Shown here piece after piece: positions 23,556 through 26,081 of a DNA stretch of 26,081 nucleotides. The notes beneath the pieces were generated by a model. That model was not told where the DNA came from. It made no database searches and saw only the letters and a program-made list of their open reading frames with translations. This DNA is from an uncultured Clostridia bacterium (GTDB lineage Bacteria; Bacillota; Clostridia; Oscillospirales; CAG-272). Each line of letters starts with the position of its first letter. Position 1 is the stretch's first letter. The position numbers were made by a program, and so were the translations under genes. The stretch covers positions 1 to 26,081 of the forward strand of contig CAMJDE010000001.1 in assembly GCA_946404295.1 (NCBI GenBank). The letters run 5' to 3'.

Positions 23556-24854
23556 GTGAACGGCACGCAAACGACCGGAAACGACTCGAAGCCGAAGATG
23601 GCGCGCACCGACTTGCGGATGACGGTCCTCTGCTCGGTGATTTATCTTGTTGAATATTTCGGACGCTACGATCTCGCCGCCGCGAAGATCGAGATGCTCG
23701 GCGCTTTCGGCGCGGACGCGAAGGCAATGCTGGGGCTGGCGCTTACCCTGATGGCGATCTCCTACGGAGTGGGACAGATCGTGATGGGGGTCGTCGGCGA
23801 CCGCGTGCCGCCGCGCTTCGTCGTCTTCGCCGGGCTTCTCGGCGCGGGGGCGTGCAACCTTGTCGTCGGGTTCGCGACGTCTTTGCCGCTCGTCTGCGTC
23901 GCGTGGTTTCTGAACGGCATCTGCAAAGCGATGATATGGCCGTCGCTCGTCCGGCAGATGACCTGCGATATGACCGAAAACGGGTTCCAGACCGGGATCC
24001 TCTGGGTCTCGATCGCGAGCAACTTCGGGGTCGTGCTGGTCTATCTCGCCATCGTCCCGGTCAGCATCCTGCTCTTCTCCTGGCGGCTCGCTTTCTGGTT
24101 CTCCGGCGCGGCGGAAATCGTCGCGGGCGCTTTTTGGGTCCTCTCGGTGCGGACGATCCCCTCGGTGGGGCTTCTGACCCGGGCGCTCCGCAGCGACGAA
24201 AAGTCCGATCCCGCGGACGGGATCGAAGAACCGACCGCAAAGAAAAAGAAAAATCGGGTCCTGCCGATCCTCTTTGCGGCGGGGATCCCCGTCCTCTATT
24301 TCGTCGTGATCTGTCACGGGCTGCTCCGCGACGGCGTGACGAGTTGGATGCCCGAACTGCTGCAGGATACGTACAGGCTCGACAGCGTCGCCGCGATCAT
24401 GAGTTCGGCGATCCTCCCGGTCTTCTCGACCGTCTGCGTCGTGATCGCCGGAATGGTCTTTATGAAACTGAAAAACGAATTGACCTCGGCGGCGATCTTC
24501 TTCGGGATCGTGGTCGTGTCGCTCGGCTGCCTGACTTTCACGATCGGGCACTCCGCCATTCTGACGATCGTTCTGCTTGCCCTTGCGACCAGCGGGATCC
24601 AGGGGGTCAACCACATTTTGACGACCCGCGTGCCGCACCGCTTCGCCTACGCCGGGATCGTCTCGACCGTCGCGGGACTGCTCAACTCGGCGACCTACGT
24701 CGGCGCCGCGATCTCGGGCTACGGGATCGCGCTCTACAGCGAGGCGAACGGCTGGCACGGAACGGTGATCGCCTGGCTGATCGTCGCCGCCGTCGGAACC
24801 GTTGCGCTCGTCCTCTGCTTCGCGCGCTGGAAACGCTTTATCAAGGAACACTGA
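23556..24854 (+). CDS. MFS transporter (GlpT/UhpT-like organophosphate or sugar-acid subfamily likely)
   Basis: 12 TMs; YFGRYDL; MFS motif A-like GVVGDRVPPR; WFLNG; GLLRDGVTSWMP; GLLNSATYVG. GTG start. Confidence 0.88.
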   Translation: MNGTQTTGNDSKPKMARTDLRMTVLCSVIYLVEYFGRYDLAAAKIEMLGAFGADAKAMLGLALTLMAISYGVGQIVMGVVGDRVPPRFVVFAGLLGAGACNLVVGFATSLPLVCVAWFLNGICKAMIWPSLVRQMTCDMTENGFQTGILWVSIASNFGVVLVYLAIVPVSILLFSWRLAFWFSGAAEIVAGAFWVLSVRTIPSVGLLTRALRSDEKSDPADGIEEPTAKKKKNRVLPILFAAGIPVLYFVVICHGLLRDGVTSWMPELLQDTYRLDSVAAIMSSAILPVFSTVCVVIAGMVFMKLKNELTSAAIFFGIVVVSLGCLTFTIGHSAILTIVLLALATSGIQGVNHILTTRVPHRFAYAGIVSTVAGLLNSATYVGAAISGYGIALYSEANGWHGTVIAWLIVAAVGTVALVLCFARWKRFIKEH

Positions 24855-24861
24855 AAAAATC

Positions 24862-24884
24862 AAGCGCCCCCGGCGGGGGCGCTT
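24862..24884. terminator. terminator hairpin after MFS
   Basis: AAGCGCCCCC-GGC-GGGGGCGCTT. Confidence 0.7.
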
Positions 24885-24903
24885 CAGATCGACGACATAC
24901 TCG

Positions 24904-25038
24904 CAGTTCAAAAAGAAATGGGCGGGACGGGCATGATTGCCCGTCCCGCCTTACCTTTCGCCGCTTTCGCCCTCTGTCGTACGCACGTACGCCGACGAGT
25001 ACGAAAACGACGAATCCGGCGGCGTTTCTCTCGGTCTG
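24904..25038 (-). repeat. dispersed structured intergenic element, copy 3 (partial)
   Basis: GGCGGGACGGGCA..TGCCCGTCCCGCC...CTCTGTCGTACG...GTTTCTCTCGGTCTG; matches about 14770-14905. Confidence 0.9.
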
Positions 25039-25052
25039 TTTCGTTTGCGGGA

Positions 25053-25778
25053 TTATTCCGCGGCGGGGACGTCGGTCTCTTCCTTCTCGTCGTCGGTTCC
25101 GACCGGGACGAGGTCGGAGAAGAAGGAGAAGAGATAGAGGAGCGCGACCGAGAGCAGGGCGCCGCCGACGATATCGGTCAGCCAATGCACCCCCGAAACG
25201 AAGCGCGCGACGGCGGTGAAGACCGCGAGGGCGTAGAAGGGGAGCGAGAAGAGAACGCGGTTGACGCCGGGGGCGAAGCGGCGATGGAGCATCCGCGCGG
25301 CGGAGACGAAGACGACGATCGAGAGGACGGTGTGCGTCGAGGGAAAACTCGCCTCGGGCGTCGTGCCGTCCAGCAGGATGGGGCGGTAGTTCACGACCAC
25401 GATCTCAAAGAAAACGTAGAACAGGATCACGGCAAGGTACAGCCCGCCGAGGACGAGAAAGTCGATCCCGGTTTTGCGAAGATCGAAGCGAGAAAGGAAG
25501 AACCGCACGACCGCCCACACGGCGAACGCCGCCGCGGCGAGGATCGCGAAATAGCCGATATACTGGGTCAGGTCGTAGAATCGCAGATGCACGCCCACGG
25601 CGTCGCGGGCGGCGAAATTGAGCGACGAGAGCCCGATCTCCTTGCCCGCGTTCTCGTCGACGGCGACGTCGACGGTTTTGAGTAGCACGATCAGGAGAAG
25701 GAACGCGAGAAAAAACGCCCCTCCGACGATCGGTTTCCAATACTTTTTGAAGAACGATTGTTCGTTTTTTTCAGTCAT
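25053..25778 (-). CDS. PAP2 family membrane phosphatase
   Basis: VNYRP, SFPSTH and RFVSGVHWLTDIVGG; multiple TMs. ATG 25778 follows GGAGG. Confidence 0.85.
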   Translation of the reverse strand: MTEKNEQSFFKKYWKPIVGGAFFLAFLLLIVLLKTVDVAVDENAGKEIGLSSLNFAARDAVGVHLRFYDLTQYIGYFAILAAAAFAVWAVVRFFLSRFDLRKTGIDFLVLGGLYLAVILFYVFFEIVVVNYRPILLDGTTPEASFPSTHTVLSIVVFVSAARMLHRRFAPGVNRVLFSLPFYALAVFTAVARFVSGVHWLTDIVGGALLSVALLYLFSFFSDLVPVGTDDEKEETDVPAAE

Positions 25779-25815
25779 CGTTTTTTCCTCCGCCGACGGT
25801 TCTGCCGGCACCCAT

Positions 25816-25844
25816 ATTATACTCCCGAACGCGAAAAAAGTCAA
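25816..25844 (-). promoter_or_regulatory. sigma-A promoter of PAP2 gene
   Basis: Minus strand TTGACT-N17-TATAAT. Confidence 0.8.
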
Positions 25845-25861
25845 TCCCGGCGGACGATCGC

Positions 25862-25889
25862 TTTACAAACGCGGGATTTGTGCTATAAT
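25862..25889 (+). promoter_or_regulatory. sigma-A promoter of last gene
   Basis: TTTACA-N16-TATAAT with extended -10 TG. Confidence 0.7.
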
Positions 25890-25927
25890 AGAGCAGAAAC
25901 CGACTTTATTTGAGAGGGGGGCGCGCT

Positions 25928-26081
25928 TTGCATTTCGGCTTTTCCTATATCGGTCTGATCTGGCTGCTTCTGCTTTTCGTCCCGAATTTTCTCTGGACGA
26001 AGAGGAAGCCCGCGGAGTATGACCGCTTCGCGGGGAACGAAAACCGCGTTCTGCTCGTCTTGGAGCGGGCGGGTGAGGTGA
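25928..26081 (+). CDS. membrane protein, N-terminal fragment (runs off window)
   Basis: TTG start after GAGGGG. Manual translation MHFGFSYIGLIWLLLLFVPNFLWTKRKPAEYDRFAGNENRVLLVLERAGEV is open to the window end. Not in the ORF track. Confidence 0.7.
   Translation, partial: MHFGFSYIGLIWLLLLFVPNFLWTKRKPAEYDRFAGNENRVLLVLERAGEV

Overview
GC-rich Clostridia-like (Bacillota) chromosomal region with an AT-richer left edge; the taxon is inferred from gene content and near-consensus sigma-A promoters. From left to right: a candidate ~110-nt standalone small RNA, an XRE-HTH/TPR regulator, and an aromatic-amino-acid-type permease plus GNAT-like gene. Next is a minus-strand block with a probable anti-sigma factor, an ECF sigma factor interrupted by one in-frame TGA, two paralogous lipoprotein serpins with different reactive loops, and an unknown exported protein. 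A 29-bp ECF-promoter-like sequence occurs three times in this block, before the sigma gene, serpin A and the unknown protein. Then come a four-domain flavodiiron protein, a palindromic repeat cluster, the plsY-methyltransferase-tsaE-tsaB-rpiB operon, an SGNH hydrolase, a PAP2 phosphatase, an NfnAB-type pair, a CYTH protein, an O-antigen-ligase-like protein, a C-terminally extended Eda, a DeoR/MFS divergon, a second PAP2 and a truncated membrane-protein gene. A 135-210 bp structured element occurs three times, always just downstream of a stop codon and in the same orientation. The best candidates for novelty are the ECF/anti-sigma/serpin regulon with its leaky-context internal stop and cassette-like repeats, the 3'-UTR repeat family, and the small RNA. 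No database searches were run; family calls come from motif recognition.
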